Positions 19,896 through 27,831 of a DNA stretch of 27,900 nt are shown one piece after another. Below the pieces are notes generated by a model. That model did no database searches, was not told where the DNA came from, and saw nothing but the letters and a program-made list of their open reading frames with translations. Position 1 is the stretch's first letter, and every line of letters starts with the position of its first letter. A program made the position numbers and the translations under genes. The DNA comes from Candidatus Methylomirabilales bacterium (GTDB lineage: Bacteria > Methylomirabilota > Methylomirabilia > Methylomirabilales > CSP1-5), in the NCBI GenBank assembly GCA_046758505.1, contig JBHIAH010000028.1, forward strand, positions 1-27,900, in the 5' to 3' direction.

Positions 19896-20654
19896 CTAGC
19901 CGTGCTCGCCGAGCAGGTTGATCCGGTGGGCGAGGACGCCGGCACCAAAGCCGTTATCGATGTTGACCACCGCCGTGCCGGCGGCGCAGGAGTTGAGCAT
20001 GGTCAGGAGGGCGGCGAGGCCGCCGAAGCTGGCTCCATACCCGACGCTCGTGGGAACGGCGATGAGCGGTCGAGCCGTGAGTCCTCCCACCACGCTGGGG
20101 AGGACCCCATCCATTCCCGCCGCCACGACGAGAACCCGGGCCGCCTGTAGCTCGCTCCATTTGTTGAGGACCCGGTGCAGGCCGGCCACGCCCACATCGT
20201 ACAGCTTCTCGACCCGGCTTCCCAAAAAATCGGCGGTCACCGCTGCCTCCTCGGCCACCGAGATGTCCGCGGTCCCCGCGCTCATCACCAGGACGGTCCC
20301 GGTCGTTCGTGCGTGCTGGTCGCGGCGGACGACGACGGTGCGGGCGTTGGGGTTGTACTCCGCGGCCCTTTCGATGGCCGCGATGGCGCTGTACATCTCT
20401 TCGGTGGCCCGGGTAGCCAGGAGGGTACTGTGCTGCCGGAGCAGACGGGCGGCGATTTCCGCGATCTGTTCAATTGTCTTCCCGGGACAGAAGAGGACTT
20501 CAGGGAAGCCCTGGCGGAGGCTCCGATGGCTGTCGAGCGTCGCGAAGCCCAGCTCCTCGTACGGCAAAAGCTTCAGCCGCTCTACGGCTTCTTCGGTTGA
20601 CAGTTTCCCTTCTCTGACGGCGTCCAGGACCGCTCGTACCTGTGTCCCATCCAT
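19896..20654 (-). CDS. larB: LarB NaAD carboxylase/hydrolase (PurE-like; NPN cofactor biosynthesis)
   Basis: D.HR.LR.GFPEV.FC.GKT, AGTAD..VAEEA, DVGVAGLHR, AGMDG.LPSVV, PTSVGYG, MLNSCA.G..VVNIDNGFGA. Confidence 0.95.
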   Translation of the reverse strand: MDGTQVRAVLDAVREGKLSTEEAVERLKLLPYEELGFATLDSHRSLRQGFPEVLFCPGKTIEQIAEIAARLLRQHSTLLATRATEEMYSAIAAIERAAEYNPNARTVVVRRDQHARTTGTVLVMSAGTADISVAEEAAVTADFLGSRVEKLYDVGVAGLHRVLNKWSELQAARVLVVAAGMDGVLPSVVGGLTARPLIAVPTSVGYGASFGGLAALLTMLNSCAAGTAVVNIDNGFGAGVLAHRINLLGEHG

Positions 20655-20889
20655 GCCCATGTCCTGTATGGTCCGTGAGAAGGGTACCATACAATGGGAC
20701 ACCCCTCCAAGGGCTAACCCCGATCCGAAGGGGCCGCAGTCCGCAGTTTCGGACCGGGGCTCATACCATGCAGCGGTGGACCCAATAGGGGGTTGGACGA
20801 GAGTACGAGCGGCGAGGCCTGCTGCGAGTTTCTTCCCCCCGAGGGGCATCCTGTGGCATACTGGGTGCGCCAGTCGAAGGAGGCATTCC

Positions 20890-22107
20890 GTGGAAATACA
20901 GAGAGAGCGGCAGCGTCTCTCCCGGCGCGTGAAGGAGCTGGCGCGCCAGGTCGGTTTTGACCTGGTGGGAATTTCGCCGGTCGTTCCGCCCCCCCACGGC
21001 GAATCTTTTGCCGAGTATCTGAGGCGGGGTTTCGCCGGGGAGATGGCCTACCTCGAGCGGGGTGCCGAGAGACGCCTGCACCCGGGCAGCTTTCTCCCGT
21101 GGGCCAGATCGATCGTGTCGGTCGCGCTGAACTACTACGTCCCTCTCCACCGGGAGGATGCATCCACGGACGGGCTTCGAGGGTGGGTCTCGCGCTACGC
21201 GTGGGGGGACGACTACCACGAGATCGTGGAGGATCGTCTGACAACGCTCCTGGCCAAGGTCCGCGCCGCGGTCGGGGAATCGGTGGAGGGACGGGCGTAT
21301 GTGGACACGGGACCTGTCCTCGAGCGGGATTTCAGCTCCCTGGCCGGGGTTGGCTGGATCGGGAAAAATACTACGCTCATCCATCCGCGCCGGGGATCCT
21401 GGTTCTTTCTCGGAGAACTCTTCCTGAGCCTCGACCTCGAAAGCGACCGGCCGATCCGAGACCGATGTGGCGCGTGTGACCTGTGCATTCGGGCCTGCCC
21501 CACCGGAGCCTTGGTGGGACCGTTCCTGTTAGACAGCCGGCGCTGTATCTCCTATCTCACGATTGAGCTCAAGGGCGGCATTCCCCGGGAATTACGTCCC
21601 TTGATTGGAGATCACATCTTCGGGTGTGACATCTGCCAGGATGTCTGCCCCTACAATGTCAAGGCCAAGCCGAGCCCCGAGGAGGGTTTTTGGCCGCGGC
21701 ACGGGCAATATGCCCCCGATCTCATCCCCCTGCTCTCCCTGACCGAGGAGGAGTTCCGACGCCGGTTCAAGGGGAGCCCCATCCGCCGGGCCAAGCGGCG
21801 GGGACTGCTTCGAAATGTCGCGGTGGCGTTGGGCAACTCGGGGCGGGTCGAAGCGGTTCCTGCCCTGACGCGGGCCCTTCTGGAAGACGCAGAGCCGCTG
21901 GTGCGGGGTCATGCCGCGTGGGCGTTGGGTGAGATCGGTGGCGCGGCGGCGCAGCAGGGATTGCAGCACGCCCTCGCCCAGGAGAATGACCCCGGGGTTC
22001 TGGAGGAGATCCACCTCGCCCTTGAAGTGTGCTCCGATGACCGACGACCGATGACCGACGACGGAGGACGGGTTACTCAGGCCTCCACTCTGGGCACTGA
22101 GACCTAA
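20890..22107 (+). CDS. queG: tRNA epoxyqueuosine reductase QueG
   Basis: SRYAWGDDYH, YVDTGPVLER, GWIGKN, CGACDLCIRACPT, CISYLTIE, GCDICQDVCP, RNVAVALGN + HEAT repeats; GGAGG RBS before GTG 20890. Confidence 0.95.
   Translation: MEIQRERQRLSRRVKELARQVGFDLVGISPVVPPPHGESFAEYLRRGFAGEMAYLERGAERRLHPGSFLPWARSIVSVALNYYVPLHREDASTDGLRGWVSRYAWGDDYHEIVEDRLTTLLAKVRAAVGESVEGRAYVDTGPVLERDFSSLAGVGWIGKNTTLIHPRRGSWFFLGELFLSLDLESDRPIRDRCGACDLCIRACPTGALVGPFLLDSRRCISYLTIELKGGIPRELRPLIGDHIFGCDICQDVCPYNVKAKPSPEEGFWPRHGQYAPDLIPLLSLTEEEFRRRFKGSPIRRAKRRGLLRNVAVALGNSGRVEAVPALTRALLEDAEPLVRGHAAWALGEIGGAAAQQGLQHALAQENDPGVLEEIHLALEVCSDDRRPMTDDGGRVTQASTLGTET
22035..22069 (+). repeat. Heptamer tandem array (CGAYGAC)n inside queG 3' end
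   Basis: CGATGAC CGACGAC CGATGAC CGACGAC GGAGGAC. Confidence 0.75.
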
Positions 22108-22117
22108 CACTTAAGAA

Positions 22118-23317
22118 ATGGCGCAAGACCTGTACGCTGATTTTCGTCGGTATCTCTGTCCCACCTCGGCGGAACCGCTCGGGCTGCTCATCGAGCGGGC
22201 AGAGGGATGTGTCCTCCAGACTCCGGAGGGACGAACTGTTCTGGACTTCGTCTCGGGTATCGCGGTGAGCAATGTGGGTCACGGCCGCCCGGAGGTCCTG
22301 CGGGCTATCACGGCGCAGGTCGAGCGCCACCTGCACTTGATGGTCTATGGCGAGGTGGTGCAGGAGGCGCAGGTCACACTGGCTAGGCGTCTCGCCGAGA
22401 TCGCGCCCGGCGATCTCTCCATGACCTTTTTCTGTAACAGCGGGGCCGAAGCCATTGAGGGAGCGCTGAAGCTTTGCCGGAAGGTAACGGGCCGCGCGCG
22501 GATTGTTGCCTTTGCCGGGGGATACCATGGGGATACCCTCGGCGCCCTGTCGATTGGGGGCGAATCCCGCTATCAGAAGCCCTTTGAACCGCTGCTGCCC
22601 GAGGTCCACCTGCTCCCCTTCGACGCCTGCGACGCGTTGGCCGCCATTGACGAGCGGGTGGCGGGAGTCGTGGTCGAGCCGATCCAGGGCGAGGCCGGGA
22701 TCCGGGTCCCGGGTCCCGACTTTCTCCCCGCGCTGCGCGCGCGTTGCGGCGACGTGGGCGCCCTGTTGATCTTGGATGAGGTCCAGACCGGCATCGGCCG
22801 CACCGGGCGGTGGTTCGCGTGCGAGCATTGGGGCGTGGTCCCGGATTGCCTGGTCCTGGCCAAAGCGGTGGGGGGCGGGATGCCCCTGGGTGCCTTCATG
22901 GCCCGAACGGAGCTGATGCGCACGCTTTCCACCGATCCTCCCTTTGCCCATGTGACGACCTTTGGCGGCCACCCCGTGTCGTGCGCCGCCGGTCTCGCCG
23001 CCCTTCGCTTCATCGAGAAGAACGGGCTGCTCAAGAATGCGGAGATGATGGGAGGTCATATCCGGAGCGCGATTTCCCGGATCGAGGGGGTGAAAGAGGT
23101 CCGCGGGATCGGCCTTCTCCTCGGCGTCGTCCTCGAGGAGCCGTCTCTCACGCGAACGGTGCTTCGCCTGGCATTGGAGCGGGGCCTGCTCGTGGGGGAT
23201 TTCCTGAACGCCGAGGGGGTGATCCGGGTGGCACCCCCCCTGGTCGTGTCCCGGGAACTCTGCGATCGGGCGGTGGAGGTCCTCGGCGACAGCCTGAGGA
23301 TTGCACAAAATAGATAG
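22118..23317 (+). CDS. Class-III PLP aminotransferase (ArgD/ornithine aminotransferase-like)
   Basis: NSGAEAIEGALK, YHG.T.GAL, EPIQGEAG, DEVQTG.GRTG, LAKAVGGG (PLP Lys), TTFGGHP. Confidence 0.92.
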   Translation: MAQDLYADFRRYLCPTSAEPLGLLIERAEGCVLQTPEGRTVLDFVSGIAVSNVGHGRPEVLRAITAQVERHLHLMVYGEVVQEAQVTLARRLAEIAPGDLSMTFFCNSGAEAIEGALKLCRKVTGRARIVAFAGGYHGDTLGALSIGGESRYQKPFEPLLPEVHLLPFDACDALAAIDERVAGVVVEPIQGEAGIRVPGPDFLPALRARCGDVGALLILDEVQTGIGRTGRWFACEHWGVVPDCLVLAKAVGGGMPLGAFMARTELMRTLSTDPPFAHVTTFGGHPVSCAAGLAALRFIEKNGLLKNAEMMGGHIRSAISRIEGVKEVRGIGLLLGVVLEEPSLTRTVLRLALERGLLVGDFLNAEGVIRVAPPLVVSRELCDRAVEVLGDSLRIAQNR

Positions 23318-23373
23318 TCAGTGACGAAGGGCTCGGAAGGACCTTCCTCATGGCTCGGGAAGTATCTTTCCAA

Positions 23374-23894
23374 GACGGAGAATTTACTGGGTTGCTGATT
23401 CTCGTGGGCCAGCACCTTTGGCCTCTCGCTCCGGGCGTGGGATGGTAACAGAACGCGGGAGGGCTCAGGGAGTGGGGCTTCCCCGGCGGAACAATTCCAC
23501 GGGTCAGTTTGGTGGCACCCCGTACTTCCGCGCCGCGCGGTTCGCGACGCCCACAGGACGGCCACCCCCACCTGCGCTGCGCTCCGGCGGCGGGACCCCG
23601 GCCGGCCGCAAACCAGGGTTCCGCCGGGTCCAGGCCCAGCTCCCCTCGCCCTTCCGGAAGTATCCGATTCATCCCGCGAGTCTTGCTCTCAGGCAGCACG
23701 TGTGGGCCCCGAGCGACATGCCGGGAGCGGCGGGGCCCCTCGGCTGGTGACGGGCTGGGAAACCGAGGCGCGCTCCGTGACCGTCTTTGTTGCACGGAGC
23801 GTGAACACGGAGGGACCCGGGCCGTAAGCCGCCGCTCAGGGTCGCCGCGGGAGGCCGGGAGCGAGGGGCGTGCAGGTGCTGTTGTAACCCCGTC
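23374..23894 (+). ncRNA. Candidate large structured non-coding RNA / leader, family unassigned
   Basis: 645-nt gap without a credible ORF; nested long-range helices 23410-23432/23858-23881, 23436-23445/23669-23678, 23457-23492/23618-23655, 23713-23738/23819-23845; non-WC pairs read as G-U on +. Confidence 0.65.
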
Positions 23895-23962
23895 CTTGCC
23901 CTTAGTGACTTGGGACAGGGGACTGTGGACCTTCATGCTGACAGCTGATTGCGAGGCGGTCT

Positions 23963-25039
23963 GTGAGAGAGCCCGTCGTTGAGCGGGTCCTGAATTTCAT
24001 ACGCGAGCCAGAGGAGCAGGAATTCGATCGGCTGGCCCTCGACGTCTTCGCCTTTCAGTATCGGCGGAATCCGGCCTATCGCCGCTTCTGTGAGGGGCGG
24101 GGGATCACGCCGGAGACGATTGCCACCTGGAAAGAAATTCCCCCGGTCCCCACGGCGGCCTTCAAGCTCGTGGACCTGAGCTCTGCCCCGCCTGAGCACG
24201 TCTTCGTGACGAGCGGGACCAGCCAGGGATCCGAGCACCGGGGCAGGCATGGATTTCCCTGGCTCGAGGTCTACGAGACCTCCCTGCTCACCAACTTCGC
24301 CGCCCACCTCCTTCCGGAAGGCGCGCGGCCTCGGATGCTTTGCTTGGCACCCTCCCCGGACCTTCTCCCCGGCTCCTCGCTCTCCCATATGCTTGAGGTG
24401 GTGCGGAGGGCCTACGGAGGGGAGGGGAGCGCGTTTTTTGTCGGTGAGGCGGGGATGGACCTTGCCGGGCTGCTCCGAACCCTGCGGGAGGTCGAGGCGC
24501 GGCAAGAGCCGATCTGCCTGCTCGGTACTTCTTTTGCCTTCCTCCACCTCCTCGACGTCTGCCGGAAGGAGGGACGGGTCTTCCGCCTCCCCGAAGGCAG
24601 CCGTCTCATGGATACCGGGGGTTTCAAGGGGCGGTCCCGCGAGGTTGCGCGGGAGGAACTGTTGCGGCTCTACGAAGATGTTTTCGGGATTCCCGGCCCG
24701 TCGTGCGTGAACGAGTATGGGATGACCGAGATGGGATCCCAATTTTACGATAATACGCTGCGCGATCGCGTGGCGGGCCGCGCGCGAGCCCGGTTCAAAG
24801 AGGTCCCTCCCTGGGTTCGGACACGCGTGTGCGATCCGGCCTCGCGTGAGGATCTTCCAAAGGGGGAGGTGGGACTTCTCACGCACTACGATCTGGCCAA
24901 TTGCGGGTCGGTGATGGCGGTCGAAACCGAGGACCTGGGATACACGCTCGGGGAGGGGTTCGAGGTCGTGGGGCGAGCGTCAGGGGCCGAGGCCAGGGGG
25001 TGCTCCTTGACCATAGAGGAGCTCCAGGGAACGCGATGA
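23963..25039 (+). CDS. LuxE-family acyl-protein synthetase
   Basis: F.FQY..NP.YR.FC, IPP.P..AFK, F.TSGTS, MDTGGFKG, NEYGMTEM.SQ, DLAN..S, C-terminal acylation motif EARGCS. Confidence 0.85.
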   Translation: MREPVVERVLNFIREPEEQEFDRLALDVFAFQYRRNPAYRRFCEGRGITPETIATWKEIPPVPTAAFKLVDLSSAPPEHVFVTSGTSQGSEHRGRHGFPWLEVYETSLLTNFAAHLLPEGARPRMLCLAPSPDLLPGSSLSHMLEVVRRAYGGEGSAFFVGEAGMDLAGLLRTLREVEARQEPICLLGTSFAFLHLLDVCRKEGRVFRLPEGSRLMDTGGFKGRSREVAREELLRLYEDVFGIPGPSCVNEYGMTEMGSQFYDNTLRDRVAGRARARFKEVPPWVRTRVCDPASREDLPKGEVGLLTHYDLANCGSVMAVETEDLGYTLGEGFEVVGRASGAEARGCSLTIEELQGTR

Positions 25040-26409
25040 GAATGGCGGCCACCCATCTTCCCGCGAAAGTCTCGGGCTATGGAATCGAGACCCTCTCGTG
25101 TGGGGACCTCACCCTGGAGGTCCCGCGCGTCACGCCGACACTCCTCACCGAGGTCCTCGGGCATCTGGGAAAGGCGCGCGAGCGCCTGCGCAAACGGAAG
25201 GGGGAAGAGATCGCCGAGGTCCTGGCAGCGGTCTTTCGCGGGTGGCAGGAGCGGACCGACCCGTTGCGCCTGGCGGCGGAGGTCGCCCTGCCGCCGATCA
25301 CCCGGTATTCCCCGGCCATGGTGGTCCACGGCCTGGATCTCCTGTGCCAGGGATACACGGCGGAGGCCTTTCACGGGTTGGTCCAAGAAGCCGGGGCCGA
25401 CGAGGCCCTCGAAGGGTTTGTCCCTTTCGGACCGCACCAGAGCCGTGCCTACGGCCCTGCCCTGACCACCCATGTGCTGGCCGGGAACATCCCCGGCGTC
25501 GGGCTTCCGGGTCTCATCGCCGCCACCCTCCTCGGGTCGGGTTCCCTGGTCAAGACCGCGTCGGGGGATCCGCTCTTTCCGGCCTTGTGGGCGGCGTCGG
25601 TGGCCAGGCAGGACCCGGAGATCGGCGAGTGTCTCGCCGTCCTGTGGTGGAGCGGGGGGCGGGCCGATCTGGAAGCAGTGGCCTTTGACCGTGCCGAAGT
25701 GGTCATTGCGTACGGCAGCGAGCAGACCATCCATGCACTGCAAGGACGAGTCCGGTGTCGATTCGTTGGCCACGGCCATCGCGTGAGTTTCGGTATGATC
25801 GGCCGGGAGGTCCTGGCGAGGGCACAGGAGGTGGCGGACCGGGCCGCCTACGATGCCTCCCTCTTCGAGCAGCAGGGGTGTCTCTCTCCGCATCTTGTCT
25901 ATGTGGAGGAGGGAGGCGGGGTCAGCCCCCGGGAGTTTGCCGGACTTGTCGCCTCGGCGATGGCGGGTTGGGTAGAGCGCCTGCCGCCCGGCTCGCTCAC
26001 CCGGGAGGAGGCGGCGACGGTCCGGAAGTTTCGGGCGGGGTACGAGGCCCAGGAGATGGCCGGCAAAGAGGTCGCCCTCTTTCCCTCTCCGGAGGGGCTC
26101 GCCTGGACCATCATCTATGATGCGGACCCGACCTTTACCCCGTCGTGTCTGCACCGGACGCTTCTGGTCAAGCCGGTGGCGGATCTGTCGGAGGTGGGGA
26201 GGCTGCTTCGATCATGGCGGCCCTATCTACAGGCCGCAGGGGTGGCAGTGACACCGGAGCGGGCCGGGACGCTGGCGGATCAGATGGGCCGGGCGGGGGT
26301 CAACCGGATTTGTCCCGTCGGGAGGATGCAGGCCCCGCCGCTCTCCTGGCACCAGGAGGGAAGGTTTCTCCTCCGGGATCTTGTGCGGTGGACTGACCTG
26401 GAGGTATGA
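25036..26409 (+). CDS. LuxC-family acyl-CoA/acyl-protein reductase
   Basis: H..AGNIP, V.AYGS..TI, GHRVSF, catalytic-Cys motif FEQQGCLSPH, GVNRICP.G.MQ.P...WH.G; ATGA overlap with luxE-like gene. Confidence 0.85.
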   Translation: MRMAATHLPAKVSGYGIETLSCGDLTLEVPRVTPTLLTEVLGHLGKARERLRKRKGEEIAEVLAAVFRGWQERTDPLRLAAEVALPPITRYSPAMVVHGLDLLCQGYTAEAFHGLVQEAGADEALEGFVPFGPHQSRAYGPALTTHVLAGNIPGVGLPGLIAATLLGSGSLVKTASGDPLFPALWAASVARQDPEIGECLAVLWWSGGRADLEAVAFDRAEVVIAYGSEQTIHALQGRVRCRFVGHGHRVSFGMIGREVLARAQEVADRAAYDASLFEQQGCLSPHLVYVEEGGGVSPREFAGLVASAMAGWVERLPPGSLTREEAATVRKFRAGYEAQEMAGKEVALFPSPEGLAWTIIYDADPTFTPSCLHRTLLVKPVADLSEVGRLLRSWRPYLQAAGVAVTPERAGTLADQMGRAGVNRICPVGRMQAPPLSWHQEGRFLLRDLVRWTDLEV

Positions 26410-26461
26410 GGGACGTATCGCGCACGGGCGGGGGAGTCACCCAAAGGGAGTCGTCGCTGAG

Positions 26462-26740
26462 ATGGGGAGATTCTGGGACCGTTTCTTTGCAAGCGGCAGG
26501 CGGTCCACCAGGGGGCAGGAGTCACCGCCCCGCCGAAGTCCCTGGGTCCTGGTGGCCCATGTCTCCCCCGAGCCCGGTCTCCAATGCCATTTTTGCGGTT
26601 GGGAAGGGGCGACGGCAGCGGGAGCCCCCGTTCACCGGAGGGAGGGACAATTTGGATTAGTCCAAGCCCGCCACAACCCTCGCCTGCAGCACATCGTCTG
26701 CAGCGAATGTGTCAGGTGGAACCGAATCACCCCAACCTAA
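26462..26740 (+). CDS. Small hypothetical protein with CxxC...CxxC (putative Zn finger)
   Basis: CHFC and CSEC motifs, AGGGAG upstream of ATG 26462. Confidence 0.55.
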   Translation: MGRFWDRFFASGRRSTRGQESPPRRSPWVLVAHVSPEPGLQCHFCGWEGATAAGAPVHRREGQFGLVQARHNPRLQHIVCSECVRWNRITPT

Positions 26741-26816
26741 CCCCAGCCCGCATGTGCTTAACCGTGGCGGGAGGGGAGTTCAAAGCCAGGGAGCGACGGG
26801 GGTCAGAGCTTTACAT

Positions 26817-26845
26817 TTGACATCGCTCCGCGGGTTTGATAGTCT
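26817..26845 (+). promoter_or_regulatory. Sigma70 promoter of the transposase gene, -35 within left inverted repeat
   Basis: TTGACA-N17-TAGTCT with extended -10 TGn. Confidence 0.65.
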
Positions 26846-26889
26846 GGCGTGACACAGGCGGCGTACCAACCTCGCTCTGCTCACCAACG

Positions 26890-27831
26890 ATGGCGCGACC
26901 ATTACGTATTGCGTACCCTGGGGCGTTCTACCATGTCGTGAATCGCGGCGTGGAGCAGCGAATCATCTTCGCGGATAAGACCGACTACGCCAGTTTCCTG
27001 GCCCTCCTGGAGCGCCTGCACGCGGCCTTTGGGTGCCGGGTGCATAGCTACTGCCTGATGCCCAACCACTATCACCTCTATCTGGAGACGCCGAAGGGGC
27101 ATCTCCCCCGGCTCATACAGCAGCTCGATGGCCGCTATACGCAGCGGTTCAATCGGCGCCACCGCCGCAGCGGACCCCTCTTCCAAGGACGCTACAAAGC
27201 CCTCCTGGTCGACAAGGAGGCATATTCGCTGGCCGTGGCGCGGTATATTCACCTCAATCCGGTGAAAGCCAAGCTCGTGCGCAAGCCCCAAGACTATCCA
27301 TGGTCCAGCTATGCGACGTTCCTCGGCCAGCGATCGCCCGCCGTGTTTCAGGAGACCACATGGCTCTTGGGGCAGCTGGGCCGCAGCCCTGGAGAGGCGA
27401 GGCGGGCCTTGCGCCGTTTCACCATGGCGGGGCTCCAAGATTCCTGGGACCCATTTCGAGCAGCCGAGGGCGGCGTCCTCTTGGGGGACGACCGCTTTGT
27501 AGCCTGGGTGAGGCGGCGCTTTCTCCCGAGGCGGCGCGATGGGGCCATCTCGCAGTTGCGGCAACTCCAAAGGCCGCGGGACCTGAGCCACATCGAGAAA
27601 GCAGTAGCGCGCTTGGCTCCAGATCCACGGTTGCGGCGGAAGGTGCTCGTCTATGCCCTAAGGCGCTTTACCCCTCTGACCTTACGGGAAGTCGGGGACC
27701 GGGTCGGGGGGATGCGGGCCGTCACCGTCTCGCAGGTGGTGAGACGGTTGGCCCACGAAGGAAGCCGGCCCGGGCGCATCGCGTCTTTGCTGCAGCGCTT
27801 GGAGCGGAGGATGTCAAATGTAAAGCTTTGA
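26890..27831 (+). CDS. REP-associated tyrosine transposase-like (Y1_Tnp, HUH) protein with C-terminal HTH
   Basis: MARPLR...YHV.NRG, YCLMPNHYHL (HUH), G.LFQGRY, YIHLNPVKA (catalytic Tyr), YPWSSY; C-terminal LTLREVG..VGG....TVSQ HTH-like segment. Confidence 0.92.
   Translation: MARPLRIAYPGAFYHVVNRGVEQRIIFADKTDYASFLALLERLHAAFGCRVHSYCLMPNHYHLYLETPKGHLPRLIQQLDGRYTQRFNRRHRRSGPLFQGRYKALLVDKEAYSLAVARYIHLNPVKAKLVRKPQDYPWSSYATFLGQRSPAVFQETTWLLGQLGRSPGEARRALRRFTMAGLQDSWDPFRAAEGGVLLGDDRFVAWVRRRFLPRRRDGAISQLRQLQRPRDLSHIEKAVARLAPDPRLRRKVLVYALRRFTPLTLREVGDRVGGMRAVTVSQVVRRLAHEGSRPGRIASLLQRLERRMSNVKL

Noticed and set aside
19918..22107. 729-aa ORF suggesting a long N-terminal extension on QueG
   Set aside because: The first ~324 codons are the antisense of larB plus the intergenic region; QueG homology and a GGAGG RBS begin at GTG 20890
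23507..23522. T-box riboswitch (GGTGGCACC resembles the UGGNACC bulge)
   Set aside because: No recognisable Stem I/specifier loop, no following U-tailed terminator, and the downstream gene is >400 nt away; a covariance search should still confirm
23339..23832. RNase P RNA (GGACCTTCCTC at 23339, ACAGAACGCGG at 23448, GCCGTAAGCC at 23821)
   Set aside because: The fragments resemble RNase P conserved regions but lie on inconsistent strands and in the wrong order
23418..23982. Protein-coding ORFs in the aminotransferase-luxE gap (23418-23750, 23509-23982, 23148-23936)
   Set aside because: Low-complexity R/P/G/A-rich translations, no convincing RBS, typical of GC-rich non-coding DNA
23963..26409. 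Bioluminescence (lux) operon
   Set aside because: No luxA/luxB luciferase or luxD in the window; luxEC-like pairs occur in non-luminous bacteria
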